A DNA stretch of 64,000 bases from an uncultured Gemmatimonadales bacterium (GTDB lineage Bacteria > Gemmatimonadota > Gemmatimonadetes > Gemmatimonadales > GWC2-71-9). Position 1 is the stretch's first letter. Each line of letters begins with the position of its first letter. Shown here one piece after another: positions 1 through 10,061 of this stretch. The notes beneath the pieces were generated by a model, which was not told the origin of the DNA, did no database searches, and saw only the letters and a program-made list of their open reading frames with translations. The DNA lies in NCBI GenBank assembly GCA_963748815.1, contig CAVVKJ010000010.1, positions 736,001 through 800,000 on the forward strand, given 5' to 3'. The position numbers and the translations under genes are program-made.

Positions 1-25
1 AAGCTCGCGCCGGACTTCGCGGCCG

Positions 26-1324
26 CTAGGGCCGGGCTGCAGTCGGCCCAGGCGTCGTAGCCGGCGCCGGGGCGGCCCGGATCGCTCCGAGCGCCATTCC
101 CAGGTTCGCCGGGACAAAGAACACCAGGATCGGGGCGTTCACCTGCGAGAACCAGGGGAGCACCTGCCACAGGACGCCGAGGACCGAGAGCATCGCGACG
201 GTCACGGCGAGCACCCGCAGGCCGGCCGGGGCCGGTCCGGCGCGCCGGGCCCATCCCGCCAGGAATCCGAACATCAGCAGGCCCAACATGCTCGCCTGCA
301 GGACGTTTTCGTTCCGGTAGGCGTAGGTGTGGTCGGTGAACGCCCAGAGATAGATCATGATGAGGCCCGCGAGACCCGACACCAGCGTCCAGGCGCCGGC
401 AAGCACCAGGAACGGCCGCCGCCCTCTCCCTGCCCCGCTCCGTCCACCAGTCCACGCCAGCAGTCCACCCACCAGCACTCCCAGGACCAGGAACCATCCG
501 AGCCACGACGCCGGTGAGCGGTTTACCGGCGCCATGTCCTTTCGGGCCGGGACGAAGCTCGTGATGTCCACCAGGGGCGCCCCGCCTCCGTCCACCGCGG
601 GATTCACGGCAGGCGCCACAGAGCGTGCGAGGTTCATCGGGATGAAGGCATCGTCCCACGCCGACAGCGGCAGGTCGGTGGACGGCCCGAGGAGCAGCAT
701 CAGGCCGAAATACCAGGCGGGATTCCCGGCCGTAAGTTCAGCGGTGCGTGAGCGGAAGGTGGCACCCGCGGGGAGGGCGGCAAGCGGCGCCTCCAAGGCG
801 CCGCCCAGGCTCACGTTCAGCGCATCGCGCACCCGCGTGGAGCAGTTATCCCGGAACGGCTCGTAACGATAGTCCTTCATGTCGGGCTGGGCGTTGCGGG
901 CAAGGGTGGCGGCGAGCAGCCGGGCCTGGCCTGGGGTGAGTGCCAGCTGCTGGCTCTCGACCGATCGTCCTTCGCGCTGATAGAAGGCAATGTATCGGGC
1001 GGCGGAAAAGCCCTCCATCGCATACAGCATCCGGCCCTGCAGGAAATTCCAGAAAAAGTTCGTCTGGTGAAAGTTGTAAATTCCGTAATTGTAGGCGATA
1101 TCCGTCCCAGCGACCGAGTCCGTCACTCGGATCATGTTGTGACCAAACATCTCCCAGACCATCATGCCGGTGGGATTGGGACCGAACGTGACGAGGGAAA
1201 TCCGAGGCGCGGGGGCCGCCGCGTCGAGCGCGGAATCGGTGGCGGAGATCTGAGCCTCGGCACCGCCGGCCCATCCGGCACCGAGCAGCCCGAGGAGGAG
1301 GGCAACCCGGCGCCCGCGCCTCAC
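26..1324 (-). CDS. DUF4105 / Lnb-like membrane protein
   Basis: Signal peptide, FGH and YNYGxYNF motifs, YRYEPFRDNCSTRVRD motif, four C-terminal TM helices. Confidence 0.8.
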   Translation of the reverse strand: MRRGRRVALLLGLLGAGWAGGAEAQISATDSALDAAAPAPRISLVTFGPNPTGMMVWEMFGHNMIRVTDSVAGTDIAYNYGIYNFHQTNFFWNFLQGRMLYAMEGFSAARYIAFYQREGRSVESQQLALTPGQARLLAATLARNAQPDMKDYRYEPFRDNCSTRVRDALNVSLGGALEAPLAALPAGATFRSRTAELTAGNPAWYFGLMLLLGPSTDLPLSAWDDAFIPMNLARSVAPAVNPAVDGGGAPLVDITSFVPARKDMAPVNRSPASWLGWFLVLGVLVGGLLAWTGGRSGAGRGRRPFLVLAGAWTLVSGLAGLIMIYLWAFTDHTYAYRNENVLQASMLGLLMFGFLAGWARRAGPAPAGLRVLAVTVAMLSVLGVLWQVLPWFSQVNAPILVFFVPANLGMALGAIRAAPAPATTPGPTAARP

Positions 1325-2331
1325 AGCAGGACGTCGCGGCCGTCGTCAGCCGATTTGTAGATCGCGTCGATCACCCGGTGCAGCGCCAGATGCTCCTCAA
1401 GGTCCGGTGCCTTCGCTTCCCCCCGGATCGCGGCGAGGAAATGGGCCCACTCGGCGCGGTACGACGCCGTGAAGGCGCTCTCGCGCGACGCCGATCCGGT
1501 GGGCGCCACGTCGACCGGCGTGCCGTGCATCTCTTTCCAGACCTTGAGCGGGTTGATGCTCGCGGTGCCCTTGCTGCCCCGGAGGCCGACCCCGAAGCGC
1601 TCGCCCTCGCCAAGGTGGTGCCAGGTCACGTCCACGAAGATGCAGGCCCCGTTCTCGCAGACGACGAAGGCGCTCCCGGCATGTTCCGTGGCACGCTCGC
1701 GTCCCGCTCGGTCCAGGGTGGCGCTGACCCGCACCGGTTTGGGATTGCCCGCGAGCCAGAGGCCGAGGTCGAGGATCGACAGGCCGAGGTCGAGCATGGC
1801 GCCACCCCCCGAGAGGTCGCGCTTCAGCCGCCAGCCGAGCATCGAACGACTGGGCCGGAAGACGTGCCAGCTGCCGCGCACGCTCTCCACGTCGCCCAGT
1901 TCGCCGGTCTGCACGAAGCTGCGGATAATCTGGACGTCCGCCCGGTAGCGATGGTTCATCCCGACCATCACGATTCGGTCCTTCTTGGCGGCGGCGCGCA
2001 CCACCCGCTGGGCGCTCGCGGTGTTGAGCGCGATCGGCTTCTCCACGAGGATGTGCACGCCCGCACGCAGCGCCGCCAGCACATGACCTTCGTGCAGGTG
2101 ATTGGGAGTGCAGATGACGACGGCGTCCAACTCCGAGTGTCCGAGCAGCTCCTCGATGTCGTCGAAGCAATTCTCGATCTTGAACCGGTCGGCGAGGGCG
2201 CGCGCTTTCGGGTAGTCGGCGTCGCAAATGGCCACGACTTCCGCTCCCTTGAGTTTCCGCAGCACCGGCAGGTGCGCCACCTGGGTAATGGCCCCTGCCC
2301 CGACCACGCCGACGCGCAACGTCTCGCTCAT
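1321..2331 (-). CDS. Gfo/Idh/MocA family oxidoreductase
   Basis: GVVGAGAI Rossmann motif, HILVEKP, GGGAMLDLG. Confidence 0.92.
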   Translation of the reverse strand: MSETLRVGVVGAGAITQVAHLPVLRKLKGAEVVAICDADYPKARALADRFKIENCFDDIEELLGHSELDAVVICTPNHLHEGHVLAALRAGVHILVEKPIALNTASAQRVVRAAAKKDRIVMVGMNHRYRADVQIIRSFVQTGELGDVESVRGSWHVFRPSRSMLGWRLKRDLSGGGAMLDLGLSILDLGLWLAGNPKPVRVSATLDRAGRERATEHAGSAFVVCENGACIFVDVTWHHLGEGERFGVGLRGSKGTASINPLKVWKEMHGTPVDVAPTGSASRESAFTASYRAEWAHFLAAIRGEAKAPDLEEHLALHRVIDAIYKSADDGRDVLL

Positions 2332-2353
2332 CCTCTGCCCCCGGGGTAACCGG

Positions 2354-3703
2354 TCAATTCAGGCGCTCGACTGTGGTGGAAGGATAATATGCCGCGAGGA
2401 TCTGCCCGTACGCCTGCCCTTCCCGCGCCCGCCCCACGGCCCCCCACTGGCAGAACCCGACGCCGTGGCCGGCGCCGCGACCGTCGATGGCCAGCCAGCT
2501 GACGCGGGAGCCGTCCGCCCGCTCCTGGACGTCGAAGGCCGTGCTGCGGAGCATGCCGCCGTCCGGCAGGAGAAAGGCCCGCCGGACTGCCTGGCCCGAG
2601 ACCGACACCTGCCGCCCGTTCAGCTTGAATTCCACCGCCTCGACCCGGCCCGACGGTGTCCGGCGGGACACCGTCACATCCTCGACGCGCGAGACCGACG
2701 ACGCGCTCACGCTGGTCAGGCCCGGCAGGGTGCGACGGAGCATGGCCTCGAGGCTGTCGCCAGAATACTCCTCGCGCCACCGGAAGCGGGGCGAGAAACG
2801 GCAGTACGCCTGGCCATTGGGATCGAGATCGGAGACCGACTTGAGGTAGGGATCCCCCGCGAGCTGGAAGACGGCGGCGCCCGATTCCGTCCGCCCGCCG
2901 CAGGTCGAATAGAAGAAGGCATCGATGGGCTGGCCCTTCCACGTCACGATTTCCGCCCTGGTGGCGCGGACCGCATCCCAGCTCTGCGCCGTCTCGGCGC
3001 CGACCCCGCCGTAGACCTGGTCCGCCACCGTACCATAGAGATCGAAACCGAGGGCGCGGCGCTTCCCCTGGTTCCGGATGGCATAGGTGCGCGAAATGAC
3101 CGCCTGCGCGTACATCGCCTGCACCTCGGTCGGATCCCGGCGGCCCATCTCCGCCGAGAGCACGCCAGCAAGGTAGGACTCGAGGCCCAGGCGGTTGACC
3201 ACCGTGAGTCCGCCCGGTCCGGTGATGACGGACACCTCGCCACGGTAGTCGCGGCCGTCGATCTGCACGAACTGGCCCGGATGCAGCGGCGTGATGACGA
3301 TGGCGTCCACCCGGCCGCCGTTGAGGTTGCCTGGACCGGTGAGGGTCATCGCCGACCCGGCCGGGCGCACGCGCCACGGGGCACCCTCGATCACGTCCAG
3401 CACGCGGACGCCGGCCGGATTGGTGACGACCAGCGGGCCGCCTCCCCCGATCGTGACCTCGGACGCACCGACGGCGAGCCCGATCCGCAGGTCCGAGGTG
3501 CTGACGACCGTGTCAGGCGGCAAGGGGGCGGCCGCGGGCCCGCCCGGGCCCGAGTCAACGACCGGACGGGCGGGCGGCCGGGCCGCTTCCGAGGGCGGCG
3601 CCTCGGGAGCCGGGAGAGCCGTCGGCTGGGTCGGCTGGCACGACGCAACCGCCACGGCGGCGGCGGCGGCGAGGAGGGACACCGGCGTGAACCGCACGGT
3701 CAT
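2354..3703 (-). CDS. SpoIID/LytB domain lipoprotein (putative lytic transglycosylase)
   Basis: Lipobox-like VASC; ESYLAGVLSAEM, AQAVISRTYA, DQVYGG, GHGVGFCQWGA motifs. Confidence 0.9.
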   Translation of the reverse strand: MTVRFTPVSLLAAAAAVAVASCQPTQPTALPAPEAPPSEAARPPARPVVDSGPGGPAAAPLPPDTVVSTSDLRIGLAVGASEVTIGGGGPLVVTNPAGVRVLDVIEGAPWRVRPAGSAMTLTGPGNLNGGRVDAIVITPLHPGQFVQIDGRDYRGEVSVITGPGGLTVVNRLGLESYLAGVLSAEMGRRDPTEVQAMYAQAVISRTYAIRNQGKRRALGFDLYGTVADQVYGGVGAETAQSWDAVRATRAEIVTWKGQPIDAFFYSTCGGRTESGAAVFQLAGDPYLKSVSDLDPNGQAYCRFSPRFRWREEYSGDSLEAMLRRTLPGLTSVSASSVSRVEDVTVSRRTPSGRVEAVEFKLNGRQVSVSGQAVRRAFLLPDGGMLRSTAFDVQERADGSRVSWLAIDGRGAGHGVGFCQWGAVGRAREGQAYGQILAAYYPSTTVERLN

Positions 3704-4206
3704 CCGCGGTAGTTCCCGAAGGTGAGTTCGATTTCGAAGTCCTCGGCACGCAGGAAGGCCATGACCGCCTGCAGCTCGTCGCGAGACGGGCTGGTGACGC
3801 GGATCTCGTCCCCCTGGATGCTGGCGGTGACCTTCTTGAAGGACTTGTTGTCCTTGATCGCCTTGGTGATCCGCTTGGCGACGTCGCTCGCGATGCCCTG
3901 CGTGAGGGTCACGGTGCAGCGCACCGAACTGCCGGTGGCGGACTCGAAGTCGCTGGTGGCCATGTTCTTGACCGGCACGCCACGCTTGATGAGCCGGCCC
4001 TGGAGCACGTCGAGCAGGCTCTTCATTCGGAAGTCGTCATCAGCGGCGAGCCGGATTTCCGCCTTCTCGCGGTCGAATTCAATGGTGCAGTGCGTTCCCT
4101 TGAAATCGTACCGCTGCTGGATCTCCTTCAGCGCCTGGTTGACCGCGTTGTCGACCTCTTGCAGGTCGGCGCCGGTGGAAATGTCGAAGGAGGAGTTGGA
4201 TGCCAT
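3700..4206 (-). CDS. yajQ: YajQ family nucleotide/c-di-GMP-binding protein
   Basis: SFDIS..EVDNAVNQA.KEI.QRYDFKG, IQGDEIRV, FGNYR; start trimmed to MASNSSFDI. Confidence 0.93.
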   Translation of the reverse strand: MASNSSFDISTGADLQEVDNAVNQALKEIQQRYDFKGTHCTIEFDREKAEIRLAADDDFRMKSLLDVLQGRLIKRGVPVKNMATSDFESATGSSVRCTVTLTQGIASDVAKRITKAIKDNKSFKKVTASIQGDEIRVTSPSRDELQAVMAFLRAEDFEIELTFGNYRG

Positions 4207-4225
4207 GGATGTGAGCCGGGAAGAA

Positions 4226-4249
4226 AGGACTGAGGACTGAGGACTGAGG
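4226..4249. repeat. Heptamer tandem repeat (AGGACTG)3
   Basis: aggactg aggactg aggactg agg between the sigma gene and yajQ; same unit recurs at 54064-54084. Confidence 0.85.
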
Positions 4250-4271
4250 GCCGTGCGGCCGAGGCCAGGCA

Positions 4272-5141
4272 CTAACTTAGGAAGCTCTCCAGCGAGCGGG
4301 CGCGGCTGACGTGCCGCAGGCGGCTCAGCGCCTTTTCCTTGATCTGGCGGACGCGCTCCCGGGTGATGCCGAGCAGGCTGCCGATCTCCTCGAGGGTCAT
4401 CTGCTCGGGGCCGTCCAGGCCGAAGTAGAGCCGGAGGATCTTCGCTTCGCGCTCCTTAAGGGTGGACAGCACCTCCTCGATCCCCTCCGTCAGCGCATGC
4501 TCGAACGTCTCGCTGTCGGACCCGGCGTTCTGGGTGTCAGGCAGGTAGTCGAGGAGGCGGTTGTCCTCCCCCGGTGTCATGGGCGCATCGAGGGACAGGT
4601 GCGCCTGGCTGATGGAGAGGGTCTTCTGGACCTCCTCCATCGAGATGTCCATTCCCTCGGCGATCTCGGCCGGCGTCGGCTCCCGCCCGAGTTCCTGCAG
4701 CAGCATCGAGGTCTTCTTCCCGATGCGGTGCAGCGTGCCGGCGCGGTTGAGCGGAACCCGCACGATCCGGCTCTGCTCGGCGAGGGCCTGCAGGATGGCC
4801 TGCCGGATCCACCAGACCGCGTAGGAGATGAACTTGATCCCCTTCGTCTCGTCGAACTTGTGGGCGGCGCGGATCAGGCCGAGGTTGCCCTCGTTGATCA
4901 GGTCCGCGAGGCTCACGCCCTGGTTCTGGTATTTCTTGGCGACCGAGACGACGAAACGGAGATTGCTGCGGACCAGCTTGTCGAGCGACTCCGCGTCGCC
5001 ACGGCGGATTCCCTGCGCAAGCGTGACCTCCTCCGTCTGCGGGATCAGCGGGTACCGGCTGATCTCGCGGAGGTACTGGTCGAGTGACCCCTCGTCTGAA
5101 GTGGGGCCGCGTCGGGTGGAACCGACTTGCAATGGGCGCAT
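4272..5141 (-). CDS. RpoD/RpoS-family sigma factor lacking region 1.1
   Basis: YLREI, NLRFVVSVAKKY, DLINEGNLGL, YAVWWIRQ, TRERVRQI motifs; 289 aa. Confidence 0.93.
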   Translation of the reverse strand: MRPLQVGSTRRGPTSDEGSLDQYLREISRYPLIPQTEEVTLAQGIRRGDAESLDKLVRSNLRFVVSVAKKYQNQGVSLADLINEGNLGLIRAAHKFDETKGIKFISYAVWWIRQAILQALAEQSRIVRVPLNRAGTLHRIGKKTSMLLQELGREPTPAEIAEGMDISMEEVQKTLSISQAHLSLDAPMTPGEDNRLLDYLPDTQNAGSDSETFEHALTEGIEEVLSTLKEREAKILRLYFGLDGPEQMTLEEIGSLLGITRERVRQIKEKALSRLRHVSRARSLESFLS

Positions 5142-5178
5142 GCGCGGGAACCTCTGGTGGGCGAACCGCTACGTTCGA

Positions 5179-5207
5179 ACCTTAGCGGCCGCCCCGTGAC
5201 GGCGCAA
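5179..5207 (-). promoter_or_regulatory. Putative sigma-70 promoter of the sigma-factor gene
   Basis: Minus strand TTGCGC-N17-TAAGGT. Confidence 0.4.
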
Positions 5208-5214
5208 CCGGGCC

Positions 5215-6707
5215 TCAATCATCGTAGTTGTCGATCTGCGCCCGCTGCAGCGTGCCGCAGTAGTCGACGTAGCCGACCTTCGTCTCCGAGTAGAACTCGT
5301 ACACTTCCCAGCCGCCTTCGCGGTGCCCGTTGCCGGTCTGCCTTGACGCCGCCGAAGGGGAGGTGCGCCTCGGCCCCGATGGTCGGGGCGTTGACGTAGG
5401 AGATCCCGTTGTCGAGCTCCTGCAGCGCGCGGAACGCCCTGGTTGACGTCCTGCGTGTAGATCGAGCTCGAGAGCCCGTACTTGACGCCGTTGTTGACCC
5501 GGATGGCCTCGTCGAGGCTGCGGACCTGGATGACGCTCAGCACCGGGCCGAAGATCTCCTCCTGGGCCAGCCGCATCGACGGCTTCACGCCGGCGAAGAT
5601 CGTCGGGCGGTAGAAGAAGCCGTGCCCCAGTCGCTCGCCCCCGGGCTTCTTGCCGCCGGTGAGCAGTTCCGCGCCCTCTTCCTGCCCGATCTCCACATAC
5701 GACTCCACCTTCTGTCGCGAGCGCTCGTGAATGAGCGGGCCCACGTCGTAGCCGTCGCGCCCGTCACCCAGGCGCAGCGACTCCGCGGCGTCCACGAGCT
5801 TCCGCAGGAACCTGTCGTGGATCTTCTTGTGCAGGATCAGGCGGCTGGTCGCGGTGCACCGCTGGCCGGTGGTGCCGAACGCCCCCCAGAGCACGCCGTC
5901 CAGCGCCAGGTCGAGGTCGGCGTCGTCCATCACGATCTGCGCGTTCTTGCCGCCCATTTCCAGCGACAGGCGCTTGTGCATCCGGCCGCACGTCTCACCG
6001 ATGAACGACCCGGTGTCGGTGGAACCGGTGAACGAGATGACCGGCACGTCGGGATGCTCCACGAGCGCCTTGCCCGCGGTGGCGCCCCGCCCATGCACCA
6101 GCTGGATGACCTCGGGGGGCAGTCCCGCCTCGAGCAGCAGCTCCACCAGCCGGTGCGAGGTGTGCGGCACGTCCTCGGACGGCTTGAGGATGACCGCGTT
6201 TCCGCACACCAGCGCCGGGAACATCTTCCAGGTCGGGATGGCCAGCGGGAAGTTGAACGGCGTAATGAGTCCGGCCACCCCGATCGGCCGGCGGAAGCTC
6301 ATGGCCCACTTGTCCCGGAGCTCCGACGGCACCGTGTGGCCGAAGAGGCGACGCCCCTCGGTCGCGGCGTAGTAGGCGGTGTCGATGCCCTCCTGCACGT
6401 CGCCGCGCGTCTCGGCGAGCACCTTGCCCATTTCGCGGGTCATCCCGTCGGCGAGCTCCTCCTTGTGCGTCGAGAGGAGGTCACCGAGGCGGCGGAGGAC
6501 GTCGCCGCGCGCCGGCGCCGGCGTCCGCCGCCAGATCTCGAAGCCCCGCTGCGCGGAGCGCACGGCAGCCTTGATGTCCGCGGGGCCCGAATCCGGGAAT
6601 CGACCGATCAGGTCGCGGGTGTCGGCGGGATTACGGTTCTCGAACCAGGTCCCGGTGGTCGGGGTGACCCACTTGCCGTCGATGAAGTTCTTGAAAGTCT
6701 TTGGCAT
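5215..6707 (-). CDS. Aldehyde dehydrogenase (two +1 indels near 5438 and 5341, probably sequencing errors)
   Basis: [29 protein letters not shown]; shifted frames give [16 protein letters not shown] and [21 protein letters not shown]. Confidence 0.9.
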
Positions 6708-6744
6708 CAGGCTTTCAGGTGTTCAGAGTGGACGGATCGTGCGG

Positions 6745-7193
6745 CTACTCGCACATCCAGGGAAGCAGCGTCGCGGCGTAACCGAGCCGCGGAAGGAGGA
6801 CGGTCGCGACGAGGGCGAGACCGCCGAGGAACACCGCAAGGCCGGCGAGGTGCGCCCAACCCTGCCGGCGGTGCCAGCTGACCAGCATCGTCCAGCCGCC
6901 CGCCACGGCCACCATCCCCGCCGAGCCGAGATAGAGCATCAGCCCGAGCCGCAGCGGTGGGCATACGGCCACTGGAGGACCGCGGCGGCGACAAGGATGC
7001 CGAGGCCGGCACGGACCCAGGTGGTCAGGGCCGCCCGCCTCCCGATCGTTGGCCGGGCGACGGCGGCCGCGGCGGGCACGCCCCCGCCCCGTGGAGCCGG
7101 CACCCCCGCCCCTGCCGGCGCGGAGCCGCCCTTGGCCATCACCTTGTCGATGGCGGCGAGTTCCTTGTCCCAGTCCCGGGGTCCGTCGCTCAT
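6745..7193 (-). CDS. Hypothetical membrane protein (one frameshift near 6950)
   Basis: MSDGPRDWDKELAAID N-terminus continues into hydrophobic ORF 6745-6972; overlaps the upstream gene's stop. Confidence 0.65.
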
Positions 7194-8572
7194 GAGAGCT
7201 CCCGCGTCAGGCCGTACCGCTCGATCTTCTTGTAGAGATTCGACCGCGGCATGTCGAGCGCCCGCGCGGTCTCCGAGACATTCCAGTCGTGCTGACGCAG
7301 CTTGGCCTCGAGGAACACCCGCTCGGCCTCCAGCTTGAACGCCTCGAACGTCGGCGCGGAGAAGGGATCGTCGGCGCCATGACTTGCCGGGGTCGTGGCC
7401 TCGCCGCTGCCGGAGAGAATCCGGTCGACGTCGGCGGCGGTCACGGACTTGCCGGCCGCAAGGATCATCAGTCGTTCGACCGCATTCCGCAACTCGCGGA
7501 CGTTGCCCTGCCAGCCGCGGCGCTGGAGGCGTTCGACAGCGCCCGCCTCGAACTGGCGGGCCGGCACGCCGGCGGCCGCGGCGATGGACGCCGCGAAGTG
7601 GCCCACGAGGTCGGGGATGTCGCCGGCGCGCTCGCGCAACGGCGGGACCACGATCGGCACCACGTTCAGTCGGTAGAGCAGGTCTTCGCGGAACCGCCCC
7701 GCCGCGATCTCGGCTTCCAGATCCTTGTTGGTGGCCGCCAGCACCCGCACGTCCACGTGCGCCGACTTGGTGCCGCCGACCCGAGTGACCTCGCCCTCCT
7801 GCAGGGCGCGCAGCATCTTGGCCTGCGCCGCCAGCGACAGGTCGCCGATCTCGTCGAGAAAGAGGGTCCCGCCGTCGGCCAGCTCGAACTTGCCCGGGCG
7901 ATCGGCGAATGCGCCGGTGAACGACCCCTTCATGTGCCCGAAGAGCTCGCTCTCGATCAGTTCGCTCGGAATCGCGGCGCAGTTGACCTCGATGAACGGC
8001 CCCTGGCGTCTCGGACTCGCCGCGTGGATCGCACGGGCCACCAGCTCCTTGCCGCTCCCGTTTTCCCCGGTGATCAGCACCCGGGCCGCGGTCGGCCCCA
8101 CCTTGTCGATCAGCGCCCGCACTCCCCGCAGGGCCGGGCTGGTGCCCACCATCGCGTGCGCCTCGTCCACGGCGCGCTTGAACCGCTGGTTCTCGTGGGT
8201 CAGCACCACCTGGTTCAGCGCGTTGCGCACCGTGACCAGCAGGCGGTCGCTGTCGAGCGGCTTCTCCAGGAAGTCGAACGCCCCCCGCTGGGTGGCCTCG
8301 ACGGCGGTCGAGATGGTGCCGTGCCCGGAGATCATGACCACCGTGGCGCCGGGGTCGAGCTCGCGCAGGCGGGTGAGCGTGTCGAGTCCGTCGAGCCCGG
8401 CCATCTTGACGTCGAGGAATACGAGGTGCGGCCGGAACTCGGGATAGACGGTCAGCCCCTCACCGCCGGAACCGGCCACGCGGACGTCGTGTCCTTCGTA
8501 GGCCAGCACCTGCTTCAGGGCGTCGCGGACGCCGGCTTCGTCGTCAATGACGAGAATGCGATGCGCGGTCAT
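7190..8572 (-). CDS. Sigma-54-dependent response regulator (NtrC/NtrX-like)
   Basis: Receiver (IDDE, FLDVKM, FLEKP), GENGSGKE, ESELFGH.KGSFTGA, C-terminal HTH. Confidence 0.95.
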   Translation of the reverse strand: MTAHRILVIDDEAGVRDALKQVLAYEGHDVRVAGSGGEGLTVYPEFRPHLVFLDVKMAGLDGLDTLTRLRELDPGATVVMISGHGTISTAVEATQRGAFDFLEKPLDSDRLLVTVRNALNQVVLTHENQRFKRAVDEAHAMVGTSPALRGVRALIDKVGPTAARVLITGENGSGKELVARAIHAASPRRQGPFIEVNCAAIPSELIESELFGHMKGSFTGAFADRPGKFELADGGTLFLDEIGDLSLAAQAKMLRALQEGEVTRVGGTKSAHVDVRVLAATNKDLEAEIAAGRFREDLLYRLNVVPIVVPPLRERAGDIPDLVGHFAASIAAAAGVPARQFEAGAVERLQRRGWQGNVRELRNAVERLMILAAGKSVTAADVDRILSGSGEATTPASHGADDPFSAPTFEAFKLEAERVFLEAKLRQHDWNVSETARALDMPRSNLYKKIERYGLTRELS

Positions 8573-9219
8573 GGCTGCTGGCTCGAAGGATACAAGGTCA
8601 CCCCATCCGGGTGTACCCGGACGCGGCCAATCCCAACCGGAATCGTGATCACCAGCACGCTGTCCCGCCGGTCGCCGGCTACCAGCCCGACCATGCGAGG
8701 CACCATCTCACGGGGAAACTCGAAGTCGCGCACCTGGAACGCGTCCAGTCGCCACTCGGCGCGCCCCGGGCCCGTCACCTGGACCGGCCCCGCGCCCCGA
8801 ATCGGCTCCCGCTCCTGGAAGGCGCCGGCCAGGGGCCCCAACACCTCGCGCGGGAGTCCCGCCGTCCGGATCTTCCCGGCCACGGCAATCCGACCCTCGC
8901 CCAGTGTCACGGCCAGAGAGTCGAGCTCGGCGCGGACCCGCGGATCAAGTCCGGCGCCAACCAGCGAGGCCATCTCCGCCGCGCTCAGCGTGACTGAATC
9001 GGCACGCCAGCCGTTCAGGCTGTCGATCTTGGCCGTCGCCATCTGGAGGGCGGACTCGCCGGGACGACCCGTGGCGCCGACCGCCGTCGCGGCCGGCCGG
9101 TCGGTCAGGCGATTCCAGTACGGCGCGATCCGATCCCGTTCCCGCCACGCCAGGTAGATCACGGCCCCCACGATGAGGAGACCGAGCAGTCGAAATGGAA
9201 GCGAGAGGCATCCGAGCAT
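8569..9219 (-). CDS. Hypothetical membrane-anchored protein
   Basis: N-terminal TM helix; coupled between larE and the regulator. Confidence 0.7.
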   Translation of the reverse strand: MLGCLSLPFRLLGLLIVGAVIYLAWRERDRIAPYWNRLTDRPAATAVGATGRPGESALQMATAKIDSLNGWRADSVTLSAAEMASLVGAGLDPRVRAELDSLAVTLGEGRIAVAGKIRTAGLPREVLGPLAGAFQEREPIRGAGPVQVTGPGRAEWRLDAFQVRDFEFPREMVPRMVGLVAGDRRDSVLVITIPVGIGRVRVHPDGVTLYPSSQQP

Positions 9220-10032
9220 TCAGGGTCGCCGAGACGCGGAAGCGATGGGGAGCAGGCTCCCCCGCCGGTAGCCCTGCGGATCGAGCACCGCCGCCGCGAA
9301 TCCCAGCGCGATGAGCCCTGCCGACACCTCGTCCCACCGTGATTCCACCAGCGGCCGCTCCGCCGCACCCACTTCCACCCGTGCGGTGTCTCCGAGATGC
9401 CGAACCCGCACGTCGCCGCGCACCCCGCACTGACGGATCAGCGCTTCGGCGAGTTCCACCTGGCGGAGCCGTTCGGCGGTGACTGGGAGTCCAAAGCGGA
9501 TTCGGCTGGACAGGCAGGGCGCCGCCGGGGCGTCCCAGGTGGGGAGGCCGAGCGCGCGCGCGGCCGCGCGGACATCGGCCTTGGTCCAGCCGAGTTCCAC
9601 GAACGGCGAGTGCACCCGGCGCGCCGCCCCGGCCGCCGCGCCCGGGCGGTGCTCGTTCAGGTCGTCCGCATTGGTGCCGTCGAGCAGGAACTCGAAGCCG
9701 CGATCCGCGGCGACCGCCCCGAGCACCCGCCAGAGCTCCGATTTGCAGAAGAAGCACCGGTTGAGCGGATTCGCGACGTACTCGGGATCGGCCAGTTCGG
9801 CGGTGTCCACCTCGAGCAGCGGCACGTCGAAGCGCGCCGCCAGGTCGATCGCGGTTTGCCACTGGACCGCCGGATACGACGCGCTCCGCCCGATGACCGC
9901 CAGGAATCGCGCGGGGCCAAGCGCCCGCGCCCCGACAACCGCCAGCACGGCGGAATCGACGCCGCCGGAATATCCCAGCACCGCACCCGAGAGGGCGCCC
10001 AGATGTGACTCGAGCCGGTCGATGGTGGCCAT
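9220..10032 (-). CDS. larE: ATP-dependent sulfur transferase LarE
   Basis: YSGGVDS PP-loop, NRCFFCK, DGTNADD..HRPG, PCLSSRI. Confidence 0.9.
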   Translation of the reverse strand: MATIDRLESHLGALSGAVLGYSGGVDSAVLAVVGARALGPARFLAVIGRSASYPAVQWQTAIDLAARFDVPLLEVDTAELADPEYVANPLNRCFFCKSELWRVLGAVAADRGFEFLLDGTNADDLNEHRPGAAAGAARRVHSPFVELGWTKADVRAAARALGLPTWDAPAAPCLSSRIRFGLPVTAERLRQVELAEALIRQCGVRGDVRVRHLGDTARVEVGAAERPLVESRWDEVSAGLIALGFAAAVLDPQGYRRGSLLPIASASRRP

Positions 10033-10061
10033 GGAGGAAAAGTAGCGGATATCTTTCGGGC
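10033..10061. promoter_or_regulatory. Back-to-back leaderless -10 elements for larE and arfB
   Basis: Minus TACTTT-N6-ATG (10044-10039); plus TATCTT-N6-ATG (10050-10055). Confidence 0.6.
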
